Virus record (IMG/VR): IMGVR_UViG_3300005340_000005
Origin: an uncultured virus (IMG/VR IMGVR_UViG_3300005340_000005)
Taxonomy: Duplodnaviria; Heunggongvirae; Uroviricota; Caudoviricetes
Direction: 5' to 3' (one strand)
Length of the DNA: 64,000 nt
The notes beneath the pieces are model-generated. The model did not search any database. It saw nothing but the letters and a program-made list of their open reading frames with translations, and was not told the DNA's origin. The position numbers were made by a program, and so were the translations under genes. How positions within the stretch are numbered: position 1 is the stretch's first letter; each line of letters starts with the position of its first letter. Of the stretch, positions 18,671 to 28,857 are shown piece by piece.

Positions 18671-18903
18671 CAAGGTGGGAATGGGAATATCGAATCTGGA
18701 GAATCGGGCGCATTACCGGGCGACCGTTTCTTGCCATTCGGAGGATCTGGCGGAGTGACGGGCGCATTTCTCCAACGCTAGTGTTCAACGAATGCGCTCC
18801 TCGCTGGCTCTTCGAGCTGGTCGGGTATTTGGAACTTCGAAAGATCGAGATAGACGATCCCGAGACGTGGGCACGGTGGAAAACATACGGGATACTCAAG
18901 TAA
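18667..18903 (+). CDS. hypothetical Trp/Arg-rich protein
   Basis: GTGA overlap, GGAG SD. Confidence 0.5.
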   Translation: MTRWEWEYRIWRIGRITGRPFLAIRRIWRSDGRISPTLVFNECAPRWLFELVGYLELRKIEIDDPETWARWKTYGILK

Positions 18904-18920
18904 TCGCGCCGAATCTTTAA

Positions 18921-21374
18921 ATGGCAACATCACCCTTCCAGATCGCGCCAGATCAATTCGAATCCGTCAAAGCTGCGGCCAATCCTCCGCAGCAGGATCA
19001 AACCTCGCGCGTCGAAGACCGCCTCACCGAACGATTCAAGAAATACGAAGAGTCCACTCGGCTGAATCGCCGCGCGCGGCAGTTTATCGGCTTCCAGGCT
19101 GAAATGTTTTGGGGCGGCATCCAGCTCTTCACTTACGATTATATTCTCGGGTGTGCCCGCATCTGGGATCAGGAAGATCAGGATATGTATTGTCCGATCA
19201 ACCTGACTCGCTGGGCCGTCGAGATGATCGCCTCCGAATACGGCAACTCGGTTCCGAAGCTGGTACCTCACAGCGAACAGGGCGAGGATCGAAAGACAGA
19301 AGCGAGCATTCCCGATCTCGAATACTTGGCCGACTGCCTCTACTTCGATTTCTGGCGTTCAGATCCGGAGCTCGAACAGGAAGAAGCCCATCAAGTTCAG
19401 TTCAGAGGCGGGATTCTTGGACGTGTATCGTTCGACGCGAAGGCCGGACCAAAGCTGAAGGTGCCGCGATTCAAAGAGCAGCCGCAAACGTTACCGGGCA
19501 AACTCGCCTGTCCTGACTGTGGGACGTACGGAGAAGTGCCGCCCGAAATGACGCCTCAGATCACTCCTGCCGCTGAGGCTTCAGGGAGCTTGGGCGGTGC
19601 TTCTTCGATGCCGCCGCAGGAGCCGGACGCCGATCAAATGGGTGGGCCGCCGGACGCTGATGCCGACGATCAGCCGGGGTTTGCCGCAGTTCCCTGTCCT
19701 CAATGCGGATCAACAAACGCGAAGGTCAGTCCGCCGACTACGGTCAGCACGCTCGCCGTCGAGGGTTATGACGAGGTCCCGCAGGGCGCGCTCAAGTACG
19801 AGAAGTTTGATCTGTTACAGGTGACGATATCCGATCGCGTCAAGCGGGTTGCGCAAGCGCCGTGGGTACGAATCGATGAAGTATGCTTCCGCTCGAAGAT
19901 CCGCGAGGAGTACGGCTGGGTTCAGATCGAAGACTACGCACCGAGTGGCGCCCAGGATAAATCCGGCTTGCGATTCCTGCGACTGCTTCAGATCGCCGCC
20001 GGCAATAGCGGAGAACTCGATCAGAGCCGCGGCTATACTCTCGGCCAGGGCTTACAGTTGACCGACGAACTCACGTGCGTCCGCAGTTACGTATACATGG
20101 ACACCTGCGAGTATGCTGAGTGGCCACCTTCGATGGTGCCCTGGCAGATTCCCGGTACCGATACAATCATCCCCGCCGGCGTGACAACCATCAAGGTATT
20201 CCCCAAAGGTCTTCTCTGCCACCTCGTCAACGACCAGGTCGTGAAGATGGAGGACGTCGATAAGAACGACGAACTCGACGCCTTCAAGTACTCGCCGGGG
20301 CGAAGTGGCTTCTTCTCCAGCGGCATCGACAACATCGTCTCGATCAACAAGGCTCGCAACGAAGCGAACTCGATTCAGATAACCTGGATGAAGAACTCGA
20401 GCTTCGGCGTAACGTTGGTGGATGAGGACGTGAAGGTTATCGAGAATCGGGCGGGCTGGGTAGGGACGGTGGCCGATAGGCGAGTCGAAGAGCCCCTGTC
20501 GAACCACATCTTTCATCAGTCTACTCCGGGGCCGAATGCCGAGATGCAGATGATGAAGGATTCTTTCACCGCCGATGCCCAACTGGTCGAGGGCGTTCGC
20601 AACTCGAATATAAGCGGCCTGCCGGGCCCGGGAATGCGGACCGCGACAGGTGTCCAGTATCAGAGCGCAACTGCCGACAGCTACGCGGCTCAGCGATTGA
20701 TTCTGCGTGCTGCTTACCGGGCGCGAATGATGAACAAGGCCACGAAGCAATGGAAAGCTCGAGCGCTCAGACCTCAGTGGTTCACAAAGTACGGTGAGAC
20801 TCGTGGCAAGTACATTGACCCGCTCAATCTCCCGGGCGATGTTAGCTTCCGCGTTGAAGAAGACTCCCATCAGCCACGCACCAACGACGATCAGCGGGCG
20901 GACACGCTAGCGTTTCTGAAAGCAGGCGGCGGCTCTGGCCAACATCAGCCGCAAGTCGAGGAGAATCTAGCGAGAGTGTTTCGGCAGAACGCCGGACCTG
21001 ATGACTACGACTCGTGGAAGACGAAGATCGAGAAGCGGCTGGATGCGATGAAACAGATCGCCGAGATGTTCGCCCAGCAACCCGGTATCGAGCAGGACCC
21101 GCAGGCGCTCGAGTTGCTGATGCAGCCGATGATGCCACGTCCGCTCGACAAGCCGATGATGTTCATCCGGTTCTTTGACGCACTCTACCTGTCGGACGAA
21201 TACGATAACTTTCCGCCGATTATGCAACTCGCGCTCGATCAGCTTGTGATGGCGTTCAAGATGGACGGAGCGCAAAAGATGGCAATGGATCAGGGGCTCG
21301 CCGCTGCAGCGATGCCGGCGCCACCAGAAGGCAGCAATCCAAAGGATTCCAAAGGAGAGCAACCAAATGGCTGA
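18921..21374 (+). CDS. portal protein (podovirus type) with zinc-ribbon insertion
   Basis: Size and position between terL and scaffold; RTATG motif; Q/M/A-rich C-terminus; CPDC...CPQC insert. Confidence 0.8.
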   Translation: MATSPFQIAPDQFESVKAAANPPQQDQTSRVEDRLTERFKKYEESTRLNRRARQFIGFQAEMFWGGIQLFTYDYILGCARIWDQEDQDMYCPINLTRWAVEMIASEYGNSVPKLVPHSEQGEDRKTEASIPDLEYLADCLYFDFWRSDPELEQEEAHQVQFRGGILGRVSFDAKAGPKLKVPRFKEQPQTLPGKLACPDCGTYGEVPPEMTPQITPAAEASGSLGGASSMPPQEPDADQMGGPPDADADDQPGFAAVPCPQCGSTNAKVSPPTTVSTLAVEGYDEVPQGALKYEKFDLLQVTISDRVKRVAQAPWVRIDEVCFRSKIREEYGWVQIEDYAPSGAQDKSGLRFLRLLQIAAGNSGELDQSRGYTLGQGLQLTDELTCVRSYVYMDTCEYAEWPPSMVPWQIPGTDTIIPAGVTTIKVFPKGLLCHLVNDQVVKMEDVDKNDELDAFKYSPGRSGFFSSGIDNIVSINKARNEANSIQITWMKNSSFGVTLVDEDVKVIENRAGWVGTVADRRVEEPLSNHIFHQSTPGPNAEMQMMKDSFTADAQLVEGVRNSNISGLPGPGMRTATGVQYQSATADSYAAQRLILRAAYRARMMNKATKQWKARALRPQWFTKYGETRGKYIDPLNLPGDVSFRVEEDSHQPRTNDDQRADTLAFLKAGGGSGQHQPQVEENLARVFRQNAGPDDYDSWKTKIEKRLDAMKQIAEMFAQQPGIEQDPQALELLMQPMMPRPLDKPMMFIRFFDALYLSDEYDNFPPIMQLALDQLVMAFKMDGAQKMAMDQGLAAAAMPAPPEGSNPKDSKGEQPNG

Positions 21375-22002
21375 GACTGAAAAATCCACCACTCCACCAA
21401 AAGCCGACCCTCCGCCGGCCCCGAAGGCCGAAGCCGGGGCGAGGTCCAATCCGCTCGTCCAGGGCCGAATCATCATTGCGGTACTTCCTGACGGCACAAC
21501 TCGGCCGGGCATCGTCGTCGACGCGCCAGATCCGGAGAACGAGAGGCCGACCGTTCACGCCGTGCTGTTCTATCTCAATAGCGATGCCGGAGCGCATCAC
21601 TCTGGAACCGGGAAGTTCGTCGGGCGATTCGCGGATACTGAAAGCGCGGTTGGTTCGGGAACGTTTCCGGCTCACAGTTGGCACTGGCCGCAGCAGACGG
21701 AACCGAAGGCCTTAACCGTCGCCGACGTGGAAGCGGCCGCGAAGCCGAGGCCGCCCGTGGCAGAGGTCGGCGACATCGTCTTCTTGGACGGTGACGGCAA
21801 CAAGCGAGGACAGATCACCGCGGTAGACAAGGGTGTCGCGACTGTTGTCAGGCTTGAGGACGGTACCGAAGTCGCGAACCCGACGTTCACTTATTTCAAC
21901 GAGCAGAAGGCTCAGGCGCAAAGCGACTTTGACGCATTCGAGAAGGCTGCCGCTGAAGCCCCGAAGGCCGCAACCGCGACGAAAGCCGACAAGAAGAAAT
22001 GA
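21367..22002 (+). CDS. hypothetical protein with SH3/KOW-like segments
   Basis: PLVQGRIII..RPGIVV..SWHWP and EVGDIVFL segments. Confidence 0.7.
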   Translation: MAETEKSTTPPKADPPPAPKAEAGARSNPLVQGRIIIAVLPDGTTRPGIVVDAPDPENERPTVHAVLFYLNSDAGAHHSGTGKFVGRFADTESAVGSGTFPAHSWHWPQQTEPKALTVADVEAAAKPRPPVAEVGDIVFLDGDGNKRGQITAVDKGVATVVRLEDGTEVANPTFTYFNEQKAQAQSDFDAFEKAAAEAPKAATATKADKKK

Positions 22003-22190
22003 GTCGAGCGCCTATCATATACGAGGACGGAACGGGGCGGCGGGCGTCCGTAGAGGCGCCACCCCGGACCGTTCTCGAATCGACACTGCAAGCCTTCCTG
22101 CTCTCGCGACGGCGAGCGGTTAAGAGCGAGCTTATCGAGATTGAGAGACTTTTGAGGGAACTTGGAGTAGACTTACGCCCGATGACTTGA
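21999..22190 (+). CDS. hypothetical protein
   Basis: ATGA overlap. Confidence 0.55.
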   Translation: MSRAPIIYEDGTGRRASVEAPPRTVLESTLQAFLLSRRRAVKSELIEIERLLRELGVDLRPMT

Positions 22191-22280
22191 CGAACTAATA
22201 CAATTTATCCGGGTCCCCTGATACCCTGAAGCGCGAGCCCGCCGTCTGGAAGCGGCCACACTCGCAAAACTCAATCGGGC

Positions 22281-22353
22281 ACACCCAGCTAACTCGACAC
22301 GACCACGCGCACAATGCGCCCGTCGAACCGAGTTCGCTGGGTGTTTTCTTTTT
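22281..22353 (+). terminator. long hairpin with U-tract upstream of the scaffold gene
   Basis: ACACCCAGC(22281)/GCTGGGTGT(22336) stem with inner AACTCG/CGAGTT, then TTTTCTTTTT. Confidence 0.55.
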
Positions 22354-22367
22354 GGAACAAGGACACA

Positions 22368-23603
22368 ATGGAAAACGAAGGCAACATCACTGGCGGCGCG
22401 GATACGGGCACATCAACAACTGACAGCGGCGGTGGATCGCCCGAGGCTCAACAGGTCGATTACGGTGCGATGTTCGAGTTCGGCGCAGAGGACTTCAAGG
22501 ATCCAGCAACGCCCGTTGATCCAGCCGCTCCCGTAGTCGAAGCGCAACCAGCGGATCCAGCGGCTCCTCCCGCGGAAGCCCCCGCGGTCGATCCGAACGC
22601 TCCGGCAGCTGAGGCAGCGCCAGCGACGGAACAGCCCGCACAGCCAGCGGTCGATGACCCGATTGTCCAACAACAGACGCTCGTGGCTCCTCTCTTTCAA
22701 CCGTTCGACACTCCGCAGGCTGGTGTTGATAATGCGCAGAAGGTCATCCTGGATTTGGTTGCTTACGATCAAGGTTCCGCCCGGAGCCTTTTGAATGCGG
22801 CGTACGAGGTCAACAAGCCCAACTATCAAACGTGGGCGTTGCAAGACCTGGGAATCGACCCGGCCCTCCGTCCCGCGTTCGAAGAAAAGGCAAGCATCAT
22901 CAACGAGTGGCTCGCGAAAGGCGGAGACCTGCCGGACCCGGGCGTGCCGCAGTTTCCAGTCCCGGACTCTCTGGGCATGGTCACCCTTCCCGATGGGATG
23001 GAGCTCGATACAACGCGACCTGCCGAGAAGCTCGCCTACGACTCTCAAAAGGCTCTATTCGATCAGGAGCAGGCAGGCATCAAGGCTCAGGCCGATGCAG
23101 CGGCTCAAGCCGCGAAGACTCAACAGGACCAGGCTGTACAACAGGCCGACGATCGAGAACGGGACTTCGGGTCCGCTCGCACGAAGACCTTCAACGACAG
23201 CATTGCGAGTCTGAACCTGGACTACGGCGTCGGAAACGAGAAAGGCGCTCAAATGGTCAAGGCATCCGCGATGGCGGCAATCATCAACGATCCGCAGTTG
23301 CGCGCGCTCGATGCTGAAGGTGCGCGGGTCGCTCGAGAAGGCGGCTCCAAGAGCGCGCTCATCGCTCAGCAGATGGATGACCGCATCAACTCGCTGATTA
23401 AAGAATGGGTCGAGTACGGAAACTCGATCTTCAAGAACGTAGCCCGCGTTGAAGCTGGCGCACGTCTAAACGATCCCAAAGTACCCGAAGGCGTGAAGAC
23501 GATCGTCGCCGGAGGTACAAAGCCAACCCCGCCATCCGAAGTGCGCTCTCCCAGCCAGGTAGCTGACAGCTTCGCCGATGAATTCCGGCAGTCAGTGTCC
23601 TGA
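22368..23603 (+). CDS. capsid scaffolding protein
   Basis: Acidic Pro/Ala-rich N-terminus, helical body, immediately before the capsid gene; ATG 22368 with AAGGA. Confidence 0.7.
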   Translation: MENEGNITGGADTGTSTTDSGGGSPEAQQVDYGAMFEFGAEDFKDPATPVDPAAPVVEAQPADPAAPPAEAPAVDPNAPAAEAAPATEQPAQPAVDDPIVQQQTLVAPLFQPFDTPQAGVDNAQKVILDLVAYDQGSARSLLNAAYEVNKPNYQTWALQDLGIDPALRPAFEEKASIINEWLAKGGDLPDPGVPQFPVPDSLGMVTLPDGMELDTTRPAEKLAYDSQKALFDQEQAGIKAQADAAAQAAKTQQDQAVQQADDRERDFGSARTKTFNDSIASLNLDYGVGNEKGAQMVKASAMAAIINDPQLRALDAEGARVAREGGSKSALIAQQMDDRINSLIKEWVEYGNSIFKNVARVEAGARLNDPKVPEGVKTIVAGGTKPTPPSEVRSPSQVADSFADEFRQSVS

Positions 23604-23654
23604 GAGGGACCGCAAAGGTAAGCAACTTCACCCACCCAGTAAGGAGATACCAAG

Positions 23655-24929
23655 ATGGCGGTACAGATCAGCGACGTGAACGCGATGTTCCCCCAGATCA
23701 AACTCAAAGTGAACGAGAAGATCACTGAGTTGCAGGCATTCCCGGACCACGCGGTCCGGCTGGTCAAGAAGGGAACTCCAAAAGCAACCAACCCCAAAGG
23801 CGCTCGCGAGATCCTGAAGATTGGCGAGAACACTGAAATTGGCGCGATCGGTGAGGGCGGAACCTATCCGCCAGGCGGCGGCCGACGTGCCGTCGAAATG
23901 CTCATCGGCTACGTGCCCTTGTCGATCTCAGGCAAGGTCACCGGCGACCGCATCGCCGCGGCGAAAGACGCAATCGGCGCCGGCGGGATGATCGGCGGCC
24001 TGATGATGGATGATTACAAATCGCTCAGAAAACAGGAGGACATCAACTTCTGCCTGGGGGACGGACTCTTCCGGCGCGGCACAGTGCTGTCGTTCTCGGT
24101 CTCGACCAATACGACCGTAACATTTGAGAGCGCGGCTGGCGCGTATTACATCGTGGTCGGACAGTTCTACTTCATTCATCACCCGACCACCTTCGCTCTA
24201 CACGGTGGCGGCACGGCCTTCCAGTGCTTGTCGAAGACCAAAACTACAGCCGTCTTCGCCGGGGATATGACGGTGGCGACCACGATCGCGGCCGGTGACT
24301 ACCTGGTACCGCGAGCGTCGGGTGGCGCCTCACCTGAGTCTGCGGTCAACCGGGCCTGCCGTGGCTTCTCGTACTTCGCGGCGGCATCGGGCGACTACTA
24401 CGGCGTGGACAAGGACAACATCTCCGAGGCGCGCGGGCTCAGGCTTAACGCTGGCGGCGACATGATCAGCCATCCGCTGATGGAGCAGACGAACTCGCTC
24501 TATTCCTTCCGCTGGGGATCCGCTCCGGTGATGTCCTCTCAGACGGACTTTACGTCTCCGACCCAGATCGAGGGCTACAAGCTCAACGGCTACCCGCTTC
24601 GACGCGTCGATGGGCCGAGCTACAAGAACTACGACGGCGCGATAGAGCGCGTGACCGACGGAAACCGGATGCAGGTCATTGATCCGTTCTTCGCGGACAC
24701 GGTCTGGTATCGGGTGATGATGGAGTACGTCAGCCAGTATGTCTTTATCGAAGAGGGCACCTGGGATCTGGACGGACTCGAAGCCAGAGCACCACAGGAC
24801 ACGGGCGGCATCGTCGACGCGTTGCTCTACATTATCCGCAAGAAGAATCAGTTTGCGGACATCAACCCGGGTAGCTTAATCGAAATTTTCGGCCTTGGCA
24901 CCAGCGGTTTGGTCACCAAGACAACGTAG
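23655..24929 (+). CDS. major capsid protein
   Basis: 424 aa, strong SD TAAGGAG, position after scaffold; HK97-like pattern (GAIGEGGTYP, FCLGDG). Confidence 0.8.
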   Translation: MAVQISDVNAMFPQIKLKVNEKITELQAFPDHAVRLVKKGTPKATNPKGAREILKIGENTEIGAIGEGGTYPPGGGRRAVEMLIGYVPLSISGKVTGDRIAAAKDAIGAGGMIGGLMMDDYKSLRKQEDINFCLGDGLFRRGTVLSFSVSTNTTVTFESAAGAYYIVVGQFYFIHHPTTFALHGGGTAFQCLSKTKTTAVFAGDMTVATTIAAGDYLVPRASGGASPESAVNRACRGFSYFAAASGDYYGVDKDNISEARGLRLNAGGDMISHPLMEQTNSLYSFRWGSAPVMSSQTDFTSPTQIEGYKLNGYPLRRVDGPSYKNYDGAIERVTDGNRMQVIDPFFADTVWYRVMMEYVSQYVFIEEGTWDLDGLEARAPQDTGGIVDALLYIIRKKNQFADINPGSLIEIFGLGTSGLVTKTT

Positions 24930-24962
24930 TTTTCGCAGGCTCAAGAAGAAGGAGGTATTGCG

Positions 24963-25535
24963 ATGAGATTCAACAATGGGGCCTTCCCCTTCCTGCCTGC
25001 GACCGACAAGGACCAGCTAAAGCCCGGCGCACTCGGCGTCGGAATGGGTGGCCGAGATACGCTGTGGGTGCCGCGTAGGGATGTATTTCTCGCGAAAGAG
25101 ATTTCTATTCCGATCACGGACTCGGGCGGCGCGGCGGGCGGGCAGGGCGGACTGCAAATCTTCCAGTTTCCGGAAGGCGTCATCCAGATCATGGGTGCCT
25201 ACTACGACCTGACCATCAGGCGCAGCAGCACCGGCATCGCTGCTGGTGCTGCGGTAGTTGGCGCACTTGGATCGGTAGTGGCGGGCGCCGCCGATTCGAC
25301 CCTGACCACGACGGAAGCTGACATGATCGCGTCAACTGTCGGGACCCTCACCGCCGGCGCGGGCTTGCTTCAGAAACACGGTTCGCTGGTAGCGGCGGCC
25401 TTCGATGGCCACACGACGCCGCTGAAGGCGTTCCTGAACCTCGCGATACCAGACGCCGACATAAGCGCGACCGATGCGATCATCGTCAACGGGGTTATCG
25501 CGGTGAACTGGTATCTGATTGGTGACTGGACCTAA
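24963..25535 (+). CDS. putative capsid decoration/minor structural protein
   Basis: AAGGAGG SD; beta-rich and Ala/Gly-rich; follows the capsid gene. Confidence 0.55.
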   Translation: MRFNNGAFPFLPATDKDQLKPGALGVGMGGRDTLWVPRRDVFLAKEISIPITDSGGAAGGQGGLQIFQFPEGVIQIMGAYYDLTIRRSSTGIAAGAAVVGALGSVVAGAADSTLTTTEADMIASTVGTLTAGAGLLQKHGSLVAAAFDGHTTPLKAFLNLAIPDADISATDAIIVNGVIAVNWYLIGDWT

Positions 25536-26533
25536 TGCGTGAGCTGAATGGATCGCAACCGCCAGGCCCCTCTTTCACGGAGGGGCCACTCTCCTCTGCT
25601 GGGCTTCAGCAGATTAACCCTCCGCGTCCTTACGACTGCCGAGAATTCCAAAGAGAGCTTGACCGTCTCGGCAAGGATCACGACGTAGAGCTAAGAATCG
25701 TTTGGGGCCCTGAACAGGATCAGTGGATCCTCGACGGGCAGTGCTTCAAGAAGTACCGACTGATTCAGGGCTTCATCCCACGCAAGAAGGGCGACATCAT
25801 CACCCGCGACCGGCGGCGCGTGGGATATATCAGCGCGAACGGCGTGATAACCGGAGAGCCCCCTGGGCGCGGATGCGTCATTCTGCCGGATATCGAATTC
25901 GTGCAGCCCGCAATGGACCGGTGGATCATAGAGCAGCGCCTCCGGGACGGCATAGCAAAGAGACAGCACGCCGCGGCGCGATACGCGACAGTCCAGCAGG
26001 TTCTTCAATATCGCTGTCGTGACTGTGACCACGAGTGGAAGCCGGACGGTCCGAAGAGATGCCCACGGTGCGGCAACGACTACCCGGGTCGTCTCGAGGC
26101 AATGCAGGTGGGCGGCCGGAAGATAGACGCGCTGGGGCCGTTCCCAAATGAAGGCTGGTGGATGTGCTTCCTCGTCGTGGCCCAACACGACAACGATGCT
26201 CTTTGCTGTAATCACTTCGCGGACCTCGGCCAGATCTGCATCGGGTCCGGTCCTCGGATGCCGGACCGTCGAGACCTCGACATCGTCCAGCAGTCACTTG
26301 CCGAACGTGACTCACGCGCGATCTATCGGGACCTTGATGAATTCCCTCGCGAACTTGTCGAGCGCTCTGCCGACTCTCTCACTGAAAAGCTTATCAATCG
26401 CGATGACGCCCACTGGGACAACATCAAGAAAGAGGTCGGAGAGGACATCGCGCTTCTCTTGAATAAGGAAGTTGGACCAACCTTCGACATCGGCGCTTCG
26501 ACTCAACAATCGACTCAAAAGGAGACCCAATGA
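25535..26533 (+). CDS. hypothetical protein with zinc ribbon
   Basis: CRDCDHEW...CPRCG. Confidence 0.7.
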   Translation: MRELNGSQPPGPSFTEGPLSSAGLQQINPPRPYDCREFQRELDRLGKDHDVELRIVWGPEQDQWILDGQCFKKYRLIQGFIPRKKGDIITRDRRRVGYISANGVITGEPPGRGCVILPDIEFVQPAMDRWIIEQRLRDGIAKRQHAAARYATVQQVLQYRCRDCDHEWKPDGPKRCPRCGNDYPGRLEAMQVGGRKIDALGPFPNEGWWMCFLVVAQHDNDALCCNHFADLGQICIGSGPRMPDRRDLDIVQQSLAERDSRAIYRDLDEFPRELVERSADSLTEKLINRDDAHWDNIKKEVGEDIALLLNKEVGPTFDIGASTQQSTQKETQ

Positions 26534-27555
26534 GCACCGCCATACTGTCCGTTGAACGCCTGAAATCTCAGCTTGGAACGCTGAGGAAAAAGACCGTCGT
26601 CGAGAAACAAAACCCGCAGGCCAGGCGCTTCATCTTTAACCCTTTCAATCCTCCTCCGCGGCCGCCTGAAACCGAACGGTACGAACAGCTTGATTCTATA
26701 CTTGCCAGGATCAGCGGGTTTGACCGCATCCCGGCTGGCCAGCTATTCCCCGTGGACAACCATTCCTATATCGACACGAACTATCAGGCGATCGGCTTGT
26801 CCGAGTTAATAGCCGCTTCGGAATCGGTCAATCAGCCGCGCGATAAGACATTCACCCGAAGTGCGCTGATCATTGCGGATTCGGTTGTGAGGGAGCTCGG
26901 CGGCGAAGGGGCGTCTCCCAAGGGGCTCGCGATTCTCGAGGCCCTTACGGGGCTTGAAGATGACGCGATTGTAATCGATATGCAGCAAACGTTCTTCCCG
27001 GTGCAATTCGGAACCGTGGACGAACAGATGGCGCACCTGGGCAGTGCGGAGATGAGAAGGGATCTGGCCACGGTCGCCCCAATCTGGGAGATGACCAGAT
27101 CGCGGCTTTATCTGGCGAGCGCTCAGAACAAGCGATGGTGCGAGAAAGCGCTTGAGGCGACGAAGGCGTCAATGGAGGAGCGCGCGGGCACTCGCGGAAT
27201 CGGCAAGCGCGAACCTTCGGATCTTGACCACGACATCTGCGCGTGGCTCGGGCTCGAGGTTCCTCGTGCTCTCACGAAGCTGGACCTGGGCGAGAAGCCC
27301 AAGGAGAAGGAGCCGTATCAGATCACCGTTCAGACTCAAGCTCCGGAAGGTGACGGCCTCGAGCGCAGGCAGTGCCGTGTATGCGGCGAAAAGGTTGCTC
27401 TGATCGATGGGGACTTCCCGCCGATCTGTCGCTTCGGAGACCACGACCCCAGAGGCGTGAAGGCGAAACCCGCAGCGGTGGCGCCGAAACCGCCGGCATC
27501 CCCAGCCCCGGCGAAGCCACCGGCTCAAACTCCGAAACTCGAAGGAACCGCTTAA
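26530..27555 (+). CDS. hypothetical protein with C-terminal zinc ribbon
   Basis: CRVCGE...ICRFG.H; ATGA overlap. Confidence 0.7.
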   Translation: MSTAILSVERLKSQLGTLRKKTVVEKQNPQARRFIFNPFNPPPRPPETERYEQLDSILARISGFDRIPAGQLFPVDNHSYIDTNYQAIGLSELIAASESVNQPRDKTFTRSALIIADSVVRELGGEGASPKGLAILEALTGLEDDAIVIDMQQTFFPVQFGTVDEQMAHLGSAEMRRDLATVAPIWEMTRSRLYLASAQNKRWCEKALEATKASMEERAGTRGIGKREPSDLDHDICAWLGLEVPRALTKLDLGEKPKEKEPYQITVQTQAPEGDGLERRQCRVCGEKVALIDGDFPPICRFGDHDPRGVKAKPAAVAPKPPASPAPAKPPAQTPKLEGTA

Positions 27556-27558
27556 TCA

Positions 27559-28347
27559 GTGGCGTCACTCTCCAAACATCGAGGCGACGTTCGGTGGCGA
27601 CTCGGCTACCCGAACGAGACCAAGCTCTCTGACGGTGTGATAGATGCCGCCGTCGTCGACGTCGTCGACGAGACCGTGACCGAGTTCAACCAGACCAACG
27701 AGGATTGGTTTCTTCAGCCGGTTCCCTTCTCTACCGTGATCAACCAGGACACTTATAACATCGACAACATCGCTCCGGGCTTCGGCAAGGCGCACTTCGT
27801 CTATACCGCCGACTCGTCGGACCCAAATCACAACCGGCGGGCTATTCCGATTGTTGGCCTCAATGACCTCACGGTGAACTTTGGCGGTGGGGACCCGGGC
27901 GAATCGTTTCAGGGCGGCGGCGTCGGCGTTGGAGTCTGGAAGCATTCCGCGCGAGGCTTCGCGTTCTACTACGACCAGATGGCCGGAGTTCAGAAGATGG
28001 TCATCGGTCCGAGGCCGCAGAACGTGGCGCAGTATGTCCTGATAGTTGAGCCGGCCATAGTGAGGCCGCAGGCAGTTCAGGAGCAGGCGCTTCGATTCTC
28101 CCAGTTCGATGGATACGTGAACGACGCGGCGGCCTACAAGCTGGTGCACCTCTGTTCCTGGCAGGACTTCGATTTGATTTCAGACGCAAGTGAGCGAGCA
28201 TCCGCGAATTTGCGAATGCGCAACGACGTGCGGAAACCGTTGGAGATGGGTATAGCGGTAGGCAGAGAGCAGCTTCGAAGATTCAAGAAGAGTAGCAACT
28301 CGGCGAACAGTTTCAGGACAGTGCCCTTCGGGCGGGGACGAAACTAA
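27559..28347 (+). CDS. putative head-tail adaptor/ring protein
   Basis: Helical N-terminus, FSTVINQDTY beta segment, IGPRP motif. Confidence 0.55.
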   Translation: MASLSKHRGDVRWRLGYPNETKLSDGVIDAAVVDVVDETVTEFNQTNEDWFLQPVPFSTVINQDTYNIDNIAPGFGKAHFVYTADSSDPNHNRRAIPIVGLNDLTVNFGGGDPGESFQGGGVGVGVWKHSARGFAFYYDQMAGVQKMVIGPRPQNVAQYVLIVEPAIVRPQAVQEQALRFSQFDGYVNDAAAYKLVHLCSWQDFDLISDASERASANLRMRNDVRKPLEMGIAVGREQLRRFKKSSNSANSFRTVPFGRGRN

Positions 28348-28361
28348 GGGAGGCGACGGCT

Positions 28362-28754
28362 ATGGGCGGAGCAATGCAGAAGGGGAACCAGCGGACGCTG
28401 CTTGATACCGGGACACCGCTTCCTGTCGGGACTCTGAATTCCCCCGACTACTGGCTGGTGGACGGTGGCGGCCTGCTCATCACGCTTATCGTCGAAGTGC
28501 CGAACGGGGCCACAATCACGGATGTGAATTTACAGTCCCAGCACGGCGGCAACTATGACACCGTTTGGGCAAACAGCGCGCAAGCGATCACCACGGCCGG
28601 TCGCTATCAGTATTTGATTGCTCCCGGCGCACCCGGAGCGGCCACATATAAGGCAAAGCTTGAATCCGTTCCGCCGACAACCGGGCGTATTCAGATCGTC
28701 AACACCGTGGCTCAAGCGACCATCTCGCTCAAGGTGGAATCGGTTGGGCCGTAA
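28362..28754 (+). CDS. hypothetical beta-rich structural protein
   Basis: GGGAGG SD; jelly-roll-like composition. Confidence 0.6.
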   Translation: MGGAMQKGNQRTLLDTGTPLPVGTLNSPDYWLVDGGGLLITLIVEVPNGATITDVNLQSQHGGNYDTVWANSAQAITTAGRYQYLIAPGAPGAATYKAKLESVPPTTGRIQIVNTVAQATISLKVESVGP

Positions 28755-28857
28755 GGATTCCGGCTGCTCGCAAATTATCGTCGCCGCGAGGCTCTTGGCG
28801 GGGTTACTTGCGGTCACAAAGCCTGCTGAGTAGCCGGATAATTTTACTGAAAACACC

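Noticed and set aside
22190..22367. c-di-GMP riboswitch
   Set aside because: I could not match the class I or II consensus by eye; kept only as a generic structured leader
24927..24965. Amber readthrough fusing the capsid to the next gene (in frame, no intervening stop)
   Set aside because: Easily due to chance; the downstream gene has its own strong SD and there is no evident readthrough context
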